From an uncultured bacterium (lineage in GTDB: Bacteria; Krumholzibacteriota; Krumholzibacteriia; JACNKJ01), in the NCBI GenBank assembly GCA_963695095.1, contig CAVOFT010000001.1:288001-352000 (forward strand): a stretch of 64,000 nucleotides of DNA, written 5' to 3'. The first letter of the stretch is position 1, and each line of letters starts with the position of its first letter. Below are positions 39,087 to 48,927 of this stretch, in pieces. The position numbers were made by a program, and so were the translations under genes. The notes below the pieces were generated by a model. The model was not told where the DNA came from. It was given only the letters and a program-made list of their open reading frames with translations, and searched no databases.

Positions 39087-42000
39087 GCAAATCCGCCGGA
39101 GAACTGCAGAGCATCCTGGACGCCTTGAGCGAGCCGATCCTCGTCTGGGATGCGCAGGGCCGCCTGCTCCACGCGAATGTCGCCTGCTGGGAGCAGCTCG
39201 GCTGGGACCTCGCAGCGCTGGCCGCCTCGGTGCCGGCTGCCCTGGCGCCGGCGGGCAGCGAGCTGGCCGCGCTGCTTGGCGAGGCCCCCGCCCGCCTCGC
39301 CGCCGCGGGCGGCGCCCTCGCCCTCGAGGCCTGTGCGGTGCTCGCCGCGGACGGCAGCGAGCGGCGCTGCAGCGCGCGCCTGGCCGCCCTCGCCGCCCCT
39401 GCGGGCGCCCCCCCGAGCTTCCTCTTGCAGCTGCGGCTCCTCGGTCGCCTGCCCGCCACGATGGAGCACTTCCGCGCCGTCTTCGAGAGCGCGGCCGACG
39501 GCATCTTCATCAAGGACCGCGAGCTGCGCTACCTGGCCGTCAACCCCGCCCTCTGTGCGATCCACGGCCGTCGGGAAGAGGAGCTGATCGGCCGCCGAGC
39601 CGAGGACCTCTTCCCGGCGGCCGTCGCCGCCGCCCTGGAAGCCACGGACCGCCGCGTGCTCGCCGGTGAGCGCATCGACTCGCTGCAGGAGATCCCCATG
39701 GAGGACGGCCTGCACACGGTGCAGATCGTCAAGTCGCCGGTGCGCGGCAGCGACGGCACGATCGTCGGCCTCTGCGCGATCGCCCGCAACATCACGGAGG
39801 CCCACAAGCTGGAGAATGCCCTCCGCGCCAGTGAGGAGGAGCTGCGGCTGCTCGCGGAGAACATGCCGGGGGCCCTCTTCTCTTTCATCCGGCGGCCGGA
39901 TGGCAAGCTGGAATCGGCCTATCACAGCGTGGGCCTCGAGCGCCTGCTCGGCGCCGAGCTCGTGGACCGGCTTCGTCAGGGCGCTATCAACTACAGCGAG
40001 CTGCTCCACCCCGAAGATCGCGCCGCATTCCCGGCGCCCGTCCGGTCCATGGATGGCCAGTCCTTTCGTCTCGAGGCCGAGCATCGCCTGCAGAATGGCC
40101 GGGGCGGCTATCGTTGGGTGCGCTTGCAGTCCCACGGCTCGCTGCGCCCTGATGGCAACGTGCGCTGGCACGGAGTGGTTCTGGACGTGGACGAACGCAA
40201 GCGCATGGACAGCACCCTTGCCGAACTCAGCAGCCGGCTGCAAGCGCTCACCGACCAAATGCCCGGCGTCGTCTTTTCCTATCGGCGCCGGCCCAGCGGC
40301 CACCGTGAGGCCGTCTACATCAGCCCCGGCCTGGAGGCGCAGATCGGGCCCGAGCTGGCCTGGAAGATCCAGCAGGACATCGACGCCCTGCACGCGCTCA
40401 TTCATGCCGATGACCTGCACGCAGTGGTCAATGGCGATAGGGAGACCGAGCCCGACCAGTTCGGCAGCGACGTCGAGTACCGCACGCTCACGGATAGCGG
40501 CGAGTACCGCTGGATGTACAGCCGCGCCAAGGGCCTCGCTCAAGCCGACGGCAGCGTGCTCTGGCATGGCTTCATCGTCGACATCGACGAGCGCAAGCGG
40601 ATCGAAGAAGCGCTGCGCCAGGCCTCGCTGCGCTTGCAGGCTCTGGCCGACAACCTGCCCGGCCTCGTCTATTCCTATCGTCGCCATCCGGATGGACGGC
40701 GGGAGCACATCTACATCGGACCGCGGGGACTCGAGGAGATCATCGGGCCCAAGAACGCCGCGCGCATGCGCGAGGACCTGGACTACCACGACACGCTGCT
40801 CCACCCCGACGAGAAGGATAGCTTCGCGCCCATGCGTCCGGATCCGGACCTGCAGCCGCTGCATTTTCTCCGCGAGTATCGCCTGCGCCACGACGATGGC
40901 GACTACCGCTGGGTCGACTCCCGCTCCACGGGCTTTCCCCAGCCCGACGGCAGCGTCATCTGGCATGGCCTCATGATCAACGTCAGTCGGCGCAAGCGCG
41001 CCGAAGAGGAGCTACGCCTGCATTCAGACACGCTGGAGCGCACCAATCGCGAACTCAACGAAGCGATCCTGCAAGTGGAGAGCGCGATTCAAGCCCGCGG
41101 TCGCTTCCTGGCCACGATGAGCCACGAGATCCGCACGCCGCTGACGGCCATTCTCGGCTTCGCGGAGCTGCTGCTGGAATCGCCGGAGCAGGGGCGTCTT
41201 CAGGATAGCCTCGAGCTGATCCGCGACAACGGCCACTACCTGCTCAGAATCGTCAACGACGTCCTCGACTACTCGAAGATCGAGGCCGGGAAGCTCACCC
41301 TGGAGCGCGAGGCCCTGGATCCGGCGGCGTTGCTCGGCGAGCTCTGCGCCCTGATGCGTGTGCGGGCCGAAGCCAAGGGCCTCAAGCTCAAGCTGGACGT
41401 CGATCCGCACTTGCCCAATGCCCTGCAATGCGACCTGACGCGGCTGCGGCAGATCCTGCTCAACCTGCTCGGCAATGCGATCAAGTTCACGCCCACGGGC
41501 AGCGTCACCCTGCGCTGTCGCTATCTCGAGTCAGAGCCGCCGCAGCTGCTCTTCGAGGTCGAGGACACCGGGATCGGCATCCCGGCCGGAGATCCCGAGC
41601 GGCTCTTCGAGGCCTTCGCGCAGGGCGACCCTTCCGATGCCCGCGCCTACGGCGGCACCGGCCTGGGGCTTGCCATCAGCCGGAGCCTGGCGCGGCTCCT
41701 GGGTGGTGATATCGAGGCCATCGCCTTGCCGGCGGGCGGAAGCTGCTTCAGTCTGCGGTTGCCGGTGGAGCTGGAGTCGGCAGCGCCGCCGGCCGTAGCA
41801 CACCGCAGCGCGTCCGGTGTCCTGTACGGCCGTATTCTCGTCGTCGAGGACAACGCAACGAATCGCATCCTCGTGCGCCTGCTGCTGGAGTCCGCCGGGG
41901 CGACGGTGGTGGAGGCCACGGACGGCGAAACGGCTTTGCGCATGGTGGCGGAGGCCGAAGCCGAGAACCAGGCCTTCGATGCCATCCTGATGGACATCCA

Positions 42001-42214
42001 GATGCCCGGCCTCGACGGCTACGAGGCCACCCGGCGCCTGCGCGCGCAGGGCTGCCGGACGCCGATCGTCGCGCTCACGGCGCACGCCCTCTCCGGCCAT
42101 CGCGAGCGCTGCCTGGCTGCCGGCTGCGATGCCTACTGCGCGAAGCCCATCGATCGAGAGGAGCTGTTCGGCGTGCTGGCCGACTGCATGGGCCAGGACC
42201 GGACGAGTCCCTAG
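39083..42214 (+). CDS. Multi-PAS hybrid sensor histidine kinase with receiver domain
   Basis: Several PAS domains, three of them tandem LxxLxxNxPG repeats; [35 protein letters not shown]; receiver VEDN and MDIQMP. Confidence 0.95.
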   Translation: MSKSAGELQSILDALSEPILVWDAQGRLLHANVACWEQLGWDLAALAASVPAALAPAGSELAALLGEAPARLAAAGGALALEACAVLAADGSERRCSARLAALAAPAGAPPSFLLQLRLLGRLPATMEHFRAVFESAADGIFIKDRELRYLAVNPALCAIHGRREEELIGRRAEDLFPAAVAAALEATDRRVLAGERIDSLQEIPMEDGLHTVQIVKSPVRGSDGTIVGLCAIARNITEAHKLENALRASEEELRLLAENMPGALFSFIRRPDGKLESAYHSVGLERLLGAELVDRLRQGAINYSELLHPEDRAAFPAPVRSMDGQSFRLEAEHRLQNGRGGYRWVRLQSHGSLRPDGNVRWHGVVLDVDERKRMDSTLAELSSRLQALTDQMPGVVFSYRRRPSGHREAVYISPGLEAQIGPELAWKIQQDIDALHALIHADDLHAVVNGDRETEPDQFGSDVEYRTLTDSGEYRWMYSRAKGLAQADGSVLWHGFIVDIDERKRIEEALRQASLRLQALADNLPGLVYSYRRHPDGRREHIYIGPRGLEEIIGPKNAARMREDLDYHDTLLHPDEKDSFAPMRPDPDLQPLHFLREYRLRHDDGDYRWVDSRSTGFPQPDGSVIWHGLMINVSRRKRAEEELRLHSDTLERTNRELNEAILQVESAIQARGRFLATMSHEIRTPLTAILGFAELLLESPEQGRLQDSLELIRDNGHYLLRIVNDVLDYSKIEAGKLTLEREALDPAALLGELCALMRVRAEAKGLKLKLDVDPHLPNALQCDLTRLRQILLNLLGNAIKFTPTGSVTLRCRYLESEPPQLLFEVEDTGIGIPAGDPERLFEAFAQGDPSDARAYGGTGLGLAISRSLARLLGGDIEAIALPAGGSCFSLRLPVELESAAPPAVAHRSASGVLYGRILVVEDNATNRILVRLLLESAGATVVEATDGETALRMVAEAEAENQAFDAILMDIQMPGLDGYEATRRLRAQGCRTPIVALTAHALSGHRERCLAAGCDAYCAKPIDREELFGVLADCMGQDRTSP

Positions 42215-42258
42215 GTTAGGTCAGGATCGAGCCGGTCGCGGCGTACGATCAATGTCGC

Positions 42259-43144
42259 TCAGCGCAGATTCACGAATCGCCCCGCGCCATTGGGTGCCGT
42301 CCCCTTCCAGATCCGCCCGTTGCCGCTGTCGGCGATGAGGCCCTTGGCGTGGTAGAACCAGGAAGCAACCTGATGGGCGTTGCGGCGCCCGGAGTAGGCA
42401 TTCATTTCGTGGGGCTGGGCGGGATTGCCGTACCAGAAGCCGTAGTACTGCTCATTGCTGAGCAGAGTCCACGGTCCCGACAGCCTGGACGCCACGATTG
42501 GCGAGCAACTGGAACATCCTGTTCTCGTTGCCTTTGAGGTCGCCTGTTTCGTCAGGCATGGCCAGGACTCCGGCGCGGAACGCGCCTGGCAGGCCATGCA
42601 GCGCATCGGCCTTGCTCGCGGCACCGCTCAGCGCGACGCCGCCCTGCGCAAGGGTTCCGGTCGCGCCCGCCCCGGTCAGCCCCGTCCCCCAGTTGCCGAA
42701 GTAGCTCAGCGCGCGGCCGATCAGCGCGGTGTGCTTGCCGTGTCCACCGATCTTGATGAAGAACGCGTACCTGACGCCATCCAGCTGCAACTCCGGGGGC
42801 CGTTCCGCGATTTCGGGGCGTCGGCTGCGCGATGGCGATAGCGGGCGATCCCGCGGCGAGGCCGGCCCAGGCCCCACGCTGACGCTGTATGCCATGGTTT
42901 CAGGCGTCACCGCCAGGTCAAGGGGCGTCGCAACCTGGTCCCCCGGGAAGTACATCGGGGGGGTGTACTCCACCGTTGGAATCATGGAGGAAGGTGCCGG
43001 CAGCCGGCGCGGGGCAGCGGTCGCCGGCTCTGGGATCGAGGCCCGGACCGTGACTGCTTGGGTGTCGACAAGGACGACGGCACTTGGCGAGCAGCAACCC
43101 AGGGTGGCGACGATGGACTTCGCCAGGTCGGAGCCTCGTTTCAT
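42259..43144 (-). pseudogene. Degraded secreted protein, possibly NHL-repeat
   Basis: GGAGG RBS and ATG at 43144; frame breaks; fragments PLDLAVTPE and IADSGNGRIW; atypical codon usage. Confidence 0.35.
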
Positions 43145-43428
43145 CTACCAACCTCCATTTGCCGTCCGGAACTCGAACCGGACCAGGTTTCGGGCGGGCG
43201 CAACCCGCAGCGCGACCCGAGGCGGACGCCAGGGCCCGCGCCGCCCGGCGCCCGATCCGGGAATCGGTCCTGCTCTGAGGCCGCATGTTTGGAGTCTATC
43301 GGCGCCACTGGAGCCTACAAGCGAAATCGTATAGCTCCGATGGCCACAATCGGCCCGCGATCGGGGTCAATAACGGATATTACAATCGGCAAACCCGGGC
43401 CCGGCGGGCGCGGGCGCGCAGGGCGCCC

Positions 43429-43875
43429 TCAGGGTCGCCGGCCGCCGATGCGATAGCCGTAGTCACAGTCCGGCGCCCCGCAGCCCGCGGTGTAGGTGTA
43501 GGTGACGTCGTAGGTGCCGACGAAGGAATCGGGGTCGCTGTACTGGATTGCGTAGCTGGCCACGTAGGTGCCGTAGCAGTCGTCCTGGATATTGATGGGC
43601 ACCGTGGTGGGTGCGGTGGCGCCTTCGCCGCGCAGGGTCTGCGTGTCCCAGGTCCCCGCGATGCCGGCAAAGGTGATCGCGTCTCCCGTCACCACCACGT
43701 TCACGACCGCCCCGAGCGGAGCGGGCACTGCACAGCTGTTGTGATCGAGGGTGTCGGCCAGCATGAAGCTGCCGGAGTAGTTCGGCGTCGAGGTCCCCGA
43801 TGGACCGTCGTCCTTGCCGAAGCAGCCCGCGCTGAGCATCAGAGCGACAAGCAGAAGACCCATTGCACCGCGCAT
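43429..43875 (-). CDS. Hypothetical lipoprotein
   Basis: GGAGG RBS; lipobox SAGC; Cys-containing beta-rich mature part. Confidence 0.75.
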   Translation of the reverse strand: MRGAMGLLLVALMLSAGCFGKDDGPSGTSTPNYSGSFMLADTLDHNSCAVPAPLGAVVNVVVTGDAITFAGIAGTWDTQTLRGEGATAPTTVPINIQDDCYGTYVASYAIQYSDPDSFVGTYDVTYTYTAGCGAPDCDYGYRIGGRRP

Positions 43876-43906
43876 CCCCGCACCTCCCAGTGAACAGTCC
43901 GCCCTG

Positions 43907-44080
43907 AGTCTAGCCCCGCTCGCCGCGGCAGGCAAGCGCCTAGCCCGCCAAGGGCCTTGGCAGGCATCTCTGCCGCGAGTTTGCTGCCGGCGGCGTGCCC
44001 ATCATCGCCTCGCTCGGCTACAGCGCCGCCTGGGCGTCCTCGCCGACTGCATCGGCGGCCAGGGCGGGCCCGCGCCCTGA
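43907..44080 (+). repeat. Mosaic duplication scar: promoter copy + internal PreA-like fragment + copy of kinase 3' end
   Basis: 43907-43992 resembles 44879-44964; 43992-44027 is identical to 45261-45296; 44033-44056 matches 42170-42193 at 21/24. Confidence 0.88.
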
Positions 44081-44081
44081 G

Positions 44082-44871
44082 TCAGGGCCGTCGGTTCGGT
44101 CGGCGCATCGGCGGCCAGTTCAGGGGATCCAGCTCGAAGTACTCGGCGAGCACCGCGTGGACGGCGGGGTATTCCTGCTTGAGGTCGCGCGGCAACTCGA
44201 AGAAGAGCTCCACGGCGGTGGCGAAGAACTCGGTCGGGCTCTCGGCCGCGTTGTCGTCGAAGAGCAGCTCCCGCCGCCGGCGCAGCCGGCCCTGGTGCCT
44301 CTCGAAGGCCGTCTGGAAGGCTTCGCGCCAGCGCGCGGCCAGCGCCGGGCTCGGGAGATAGGGCGTCCCATCCGCCTCGCCGGTCTGGTCGTCGAGCTGG
44401 TGGGCGAACTCGTGCAGGACCAGGTTGTAGCCGTCGCGCCGGCGTGACTCGCGCGCGGCGTCCTGCCAGCTCAGCACCACGACGCCCCTCTGCCAGGACT
44501 CCCCGGCGCGTTCGTCGGGACCCTCGTGCACGAGGCCATACTCGTCCTCCTCCGGCTCGCTGACGACGAAGGCCTCGGGGTAGATGAGGATGGTCTCCAG
44601 GCCCGGGTAGTAGTCGGCACCCTGGCGAAGCTGCAGCAGGGCCGCCTGGCCGGAGATCGCCAGGCGCATCGCCTCCGCGATCGCCAGCTTGCCGGCGGAT
44701 TCGAAGTGCTTCTCCGCGAGCAACACCTGCACGACGCCCTCGTGGCGCGCCTGCAGTGGCAGCGGGTAGCGCTGCGCAGAGGGGAGCCGCCGTGGCCAGG
44801 AGCTGGCGCTGGGCCACGGTGAGCGGGGTCTCGAGCAGACGGCGCCGGCGGCGGCCGCGCAGGAAGAACAT
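44082..44871 (-). CDS. M90-family zinc peptidase (MtfA-like), frameshift near 44760
   Basis: ILIYPEAF, GESWQRGVVVLSW, NLVLHEFAHQLD, EFFATAVELFFE. Confidence 0.87.
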
Positions 44872-44928
44872 GGACGCCAGTCTAGCCGCGCCCGCCGCGG
44901 CAGGCAAGCGCCTAGCCCGCCAAGGGCC

Positions 44929-44957
44929 TTGGCAGGCTAGCTCGCCGCGAGTATGCT
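44929..44957 (+). promoter_or_regulatory. Sigma-70-type promoter of the PreA-like operon
   Basis: TTGGCA-17 bp-TATGCT; palindrome GCCAAG-GGC-CTTGGC overlaps the -35. Confidence 0.6.
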
Positions 44958-44975
44958 GCCGGCGAGGAGGAGCCG

Positions 44976-46187
44976 ATGGCGAACCTGGCAGTGGATCTCT
45001 TCGGCCTGCACTTTCCCAACCCGGTCTGGCCGGCGGCCGGCCCCACCGTGCGCGACGGGGCGATGATCCTGCGCCAGGTGGCCGGGGGCGCCGGCGGCGT
45101 GGTCTGCAAGACGATCAGCAGCGAGGCCGCGCCCGTCCCCAAGTACCACATGATGAACCTGGCCCGGAACCGCCGCGGCGGCATGCTCAACGCGGAGCTC
45201 TGGAGCGAGCTGCCGCCCGAGCAATGGCTGGAGCAGGAATACGCCATCGCCCTCACGGCGGGCGTGCCCATCATCGCCTCGCTCGGCTACAGCGCCCGCG
45301 AGGTGGCTCGATTGGGCAGGGCGGCCGAGGCCGCCGGCGTGCATGCGCTGGAAGTCACCGTGCACTACGCCCACTCGGGCGAGGAGCCCTGGCAGGTGAT
45401 GAAGGCCCTGCGCGAGGCGGTATCCCTGCCCATCATCGCCAAGCTCAGCCCCCACGATCCGGCCATGGTGATCGCCACCGCCCAGAAGCTCGAGCCCTTC
45501 GTGGACGGCATCGCCGCCATCAACAGCCTGGGGCCGGCCCTGCGCATCGACATCGAGGCCTGCCAGCGCGTGATGGGCACCGAGTACGGCTACGGCTGGC
45601 TGAGCGGGCCGCCGATCAAGCCGGTCGCCCTGCGCATCGTCTTCGATCTCGCCCGCACGGTGAAGGTGCCGGTGATCGGCGTGGGCGGCATCCGCACGGG
45701 CGCGGACGTGGTGGAGTTCCTGATGGCCGGCGCCAGCGCCGTGCAGATCTGCACGGCGAACATCTACGAGGGGCCGGAGGTCTTTGCGCGCGTCAACCGC
45801 GAGCTGAACGCCTGGCTGGACGCCCACGGCCATGCGAGCGCCGAGGAGATCGTCGGGCTCTACCCGAAGAAGCTCGGCGCCGAGGCCGGGCGCACCCTGG
45901 CTGGCCTTGGCACCACGGGCCGCGTGCACTTCGCCGGGCCGCCGCCCAGCGTCGTGCCGGCGCTGTGCACGCTCTGCAACCTCTGCGTCCTGAGCTGCGA
46001 GTACGACGCCCTGCGCATCGACAAGGCGGAGGACCCCGACGCGGTGATCATCGACGACGAGCGCTGCTTCGTCTGCGGCCTCTGCGTGACGGTCTGCCCC
46101 ACCGCCGCGCTCGAGCTGGACCTCGACACCGAGCTGGGTCCGGCCGGCGCCATCCAGCCGGAGCCCCGCCCCGGAGGCCGCGCGTGA
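44976..46187 (+). CDS. Dihydroorotate/dihydropyrimidine dehydrogenase-like FMN protein with C-terminal 2x[4Fe-4S] (PreA-like)
   Basis: NPVWPAAGP, CKTI, AKLSP, INS, GWLSGPPIKP, IGVGGI, MAGASAVQICT; CTLCNLCVLSC and CFVCGLCVTVCP. Confidence 0.85.
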   Translation: MANLAVDLFGLHFPNPVWPAAGPTVRDGAMILRQVAGGAGGVVCKTISSEAAPVPKYHMMNLARNRRGGMLNAELWSELPPEQWLEQEYAIALTAGVPIIASLGYSAREVARLGRAAEAAGVHALEVTVHYAHSGEEPWQVMKALREAVSLPIIAKLSPHDPAMVIATAQKLEPFVDGIAAINSLGPALRIDIEACQRVMGTEYGYGWLSGPPIKPVALRIVFDLARTVKVPVIGVGGIRTGADVVEFLMAGASAVQICTANIYEGPEVFARVNRELNAWLDAHGHASAEEIVGLYPKKLGAEAGRTLAGLGTTGRVHFAGPPPSVVPALCTLCNLCVLSCEYDALRIDKAEDPDAVIIDDERCFVCGLCVTVCPTAALELDLDTELGPAGAIQPEPRPGGRA

Positions 46188-47569
46188 GCCTGCTCATCCG
46201 CAACGCGCGCCTCGTGGCCACCATGGATGAGGGCGGCCGTCGCCTGGCCGGGGCGAGCGTGCTCATCGAGGGCGCGCGCATCGCCGCCATTCTCACGGAG
46301 GCCGAGGCCGCGAGCGCAAGCGCGGATCGCGTCATCGAGGCGGGCGATCTGCTCGTCACGCCGGGGCTCGTCAACACGCACCACCATCTCTACCAGACCC
46401 TGACCCGCGCCCTGCCCGGCGCCCAGGATGCGCCGCTCTTCGACTGGCTCGTTCACCACTACCCGATCTGGCAGCACCTGGACGAGGAGATGCTGGCCAT
46501 TGCGACGCGCACGGGCCTGGCCGAGCTGCTGCTGTCCGGCTGCACGCTGACCAGCGATCACCACTATCTCTTTCCGGCGAGTGCGGCGCCCGACCTCATC
46601 GACCGCCAGATCGCCGTGGCGGCGGCACTCGGCATCCGCTTCCAGCCCACGCGCGGCTCGATGAGCCTGGGCGCGAGCGCCGGCGGCCTGCCGCCGGACG
46701 CGGTCTGTCAGGACGAGAGCGCGATTCTCGCCGACTGCCGGCGCCTGGCCGCGCTCAGCGACCCGGCGCGAGGCGCGATGCTGCGCGTGGACCTGGCGCC
46801 CTGCTCGCCCTTCTCGGTGACGAGCGACACCCTGCGCGCCACGGCGGCCCTGGCCCGAGAAGCGGGCCTGCGCCTGCACACGCACGTCGCCGAGAGCCTG
46901 GACGAGGAGCGCTACTGCCTGGAGCACTTCGGCCGCCGGCCGGTCGCCTACCTCGCCACGCAGGACTGGACGGGCCCCGACGTCTGGTTCGCCCACGCCG
47001 TGCACCTGAACGACGAGGAGATCACCCTGCTCGGTCGCACGGGGACGGGCGTCTCGCATTGCCCCTCGAGCAACATGCGCCTGGGCAGCGGCATCGCGCG
47101 GGTGAAGAAGCTGCTCGCCGCCGGCGCGCCGGTGGGCCTGGCCGTGGACGGCTCGGCCTCCAACGACGGCAACCACCTGCTCGCCGAGGCGAGGCAGATG
47201 CTGCTGCTCAGCCGCCTGCGCGCGCGCGACGAGTGGCTGGGCGCCGATGAAGTCTGGCGCGTGGCCACGCGGGGCGGCGCGACGGTGCTCGGCCGCCCGG
47301 AGCTGGGCAGCGTGGCGCCCGGGCAGTTCGCCGATCTCGCGCTCTGGGACCTGGGCGGCCTCGCGATGGCCGGCGCGCAGGTGGATCCCCTGGGCGGCTT
47401 GCTCCTGGCCGCCGCGGCCTCGCGGCCGCGCTTCGTCATCGTGCATGGCCGCGTGGTGGTGGACGAGGGTCGCATCCCGGGCCTGGACGAGCGCGCCCAG
47501 GCCGCGCGGCACAACGCCGCTGCGGCCGACTTGCTCGAACGCGCCGAGCGCGCGCAGCGGATGGCCTGA
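46184..47569 (+). CDS. 8-oxoguanine deaminase-like amidohydrolase
   Basis: NTHHHLYQ, SDHHY, LAPCSPF, HTHVAE, HCPSSNMRL, VDGSASND; GTGA overlap. Confidence 0.85.
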   Translation: MSLLIRNARLVATMDEGGRRLAGASVLIEGARIAAILTEAEAASASADRVIEAGDLLVTPGLVNTHHHLYQTLTRALPGAQDAPLFDWLVHHYPIWQHLDEEMLAIATRTGLAELLLSGCTLTSDHHYLFPASAAPDLIDRQIAVAAALGIRFQPTRGSMSLGASAGGLPPDAVCQDESAILADCRRLAALSDPARGAMLRVDLAPCSPFSVTSDTLRATAALAREAGLRLHTHVAESLDEERYCLEHFGRRPVAYLATQDWTGPDVWFAHAVHLNDEEITLLGRTGTGVSHCPSSNMRLGSGIARVKKLLAAGAPVGLAVDGSASNDGNHLLAEARQMLLLSRLRARDEWLGADEVWRVATRGGATVLGRPELGSVAPGQFADLALWDLGGLAMAGAQVDPLGGLLLAAAASRPRFVIVHGRVVVDEGRIPGLDERAQAARHNAAAADLLERAERAQRMA

Positions 47570-47614
47570 GCCGCCGTGGCCGCGACCGAGCCGCGAGATC
47601 GCTGAGGAGCCGCC

Positions 47615-48370
47615 ATGCCCATCCTGCCCTACTTGCTCATCTACGCGCTGCTGCTCAATCTCGGCCTCGCCCTGCGCGGCCTGCGCGGCGGCCCTGACGC
47701 CCCCGGGGGCGAGGAAGCCGCGCCGCCGCCGGCCGTCAAGCGCGTGCTCGTCGTGGGCGCGACGGGCGGCACGGGCCGCCGGCTCGTCGAGCAGGCCCTC
47801 GAGCGGGGCCTGGCCGTCACCGCCTTCGTGCGCCAGCCGGCGCGGCTCGGCATCGAGCACCCGGCGCTGACCGTGGTCCAGGGCGAGGTGCTGGACGCCG
47901 CGAGCCTGGCGCGCGCCGCCACGGGCCAGGACGCCGTGCTCTGCGCGCTCGGCCACAAGCGCTACTACACGGCGCCCCGCCTGCTCTCGCGGGGCACGCG
48001 CCACCTGCTCGCCGCCATGGCGGGCGCGGGAGTGCGCCGCCTCGTCTGCATGAGCTCCCTCGGCCTCGGCAGCAGCGCCGGCCGCCTGGGCCCCGTCTAC
48101 ACCCTCTTCGTGATCCCCTTCGTGCTGCCCCTGTACTTCTGGGACAAGACGCGCCAGGAGCGCCTGATCGCGGCCAGCGGCCTGGACTGGGTGATCGTCC
48201 GCCCGGGCGCCTTGACCAATGGCCCGCGGCGGGGCTCCCTCCGGCAGGGGCCGGCCGTGGGCAGCCTGCTGCAGACCGCGAGCGTGTCGCGCGCGGACGT
48301 CGCCGCCTTCATGCTGGACCAGCTCGCGGAGAATCGCCACCTGGGTCAGGCGGTGGGCGTCACCGGCTGA
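47615..48370 (+). CDS. NAD(P)H-binding Rossmann-fold protein (flavin reductase-like atypical SDR)
   Basis: VGATGGTG, WVIVRPG, VSRADVA. Confidence 0.87.
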   Translation: MPILPYLLIYALLLNLGLALRGLRGGPDAPGGEEAAPPPAVKRVLVVGATGGTGRRLVEQALERGLAVTAFVRQPARLGIEHPALTVVQGEVLDAASLARAATGQDAVLCALGHKRYYTAPRLLSRGTRHLLAAMAGAGVRRLVCMSSLGLGSSAGRLGPVYTLFVIPFVLPLYFWDKTRQERLIAASGLDWVIVRPGALTNGPRRGSLRQGPAVGSLLQTASVSRADVAAFMLDQLAENRHLGQAVGVTG

Positions 48371-48432
48371 TTCGGCGCTTGCGCGCGGGGCGAGGGCGGC
48401 GCATCCTGGCGCGCGATCGGGAGGTGGGCGAC

Positions 48433-48927
48433 ATGGCGAAGCTGCGGGCGCTGCGGCCGGAGGGGGGCATCAGCCTGGGTGCGGGCGGGCTCATCGTGCT
48501 CGCCTTCTTTCTGCCCATGTTTCGCGGCTGCGGCCGCTTCGATGTGACGGGTCTTCAGGCGGCCACCAAGGAGTCGACGCTCTACGCCCCCCTGCTCGTC
48601 GGACTGCTGGCTCTGCTGGCCGGCCTCGTCCTGCTGCGCCTGCGGCGGCTCTGGATCCCCATCGCGGTGGGGGCCATGGCCCTGCTCGCCCTGCTCCAGC
48701 TCCTGGTGCAGTCCGTCCGCTACGCGCTGAACCCGGACTTCCGCGGCGTGAAGCCGCTCATCGGCTTCTGGCTGCTCTTCATCGGACTCTGCGTTCTGAT
48801 CGCCTATCCCGTCCACCTGCTGCTGCGTCCCAGGTTGCCCTACCTGCGCAGCAGGCTGCCCCGCCTGCGGCGCCGCCGCCGCTCAGGGTGCGACGAGCCG
48901 CTCCCAGAAGAGCCGCGCGTAGACTGA
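48433..48927 (+). CDS. Hypothetical membrane protein
   Basis: GGAGG RBS; four hydrophobic helices; 3' end overlaps the convergent gene. Confidence 0.65.
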   Translation: MAKLRALRPEGGISLGAGGLIVLAFFLPMFRGCGRFDVTGLQAATKESTLYAPLLVGLLALLAGLVLLRLRRLWIPIAVGAMALLALLQLLVQSVRYALNPDFRGVKPLIGFWLLFIGLCVLIAYPVHLLLRPRLPYLRSRLPRLRRRRRSGCDEPLPEEPRVD

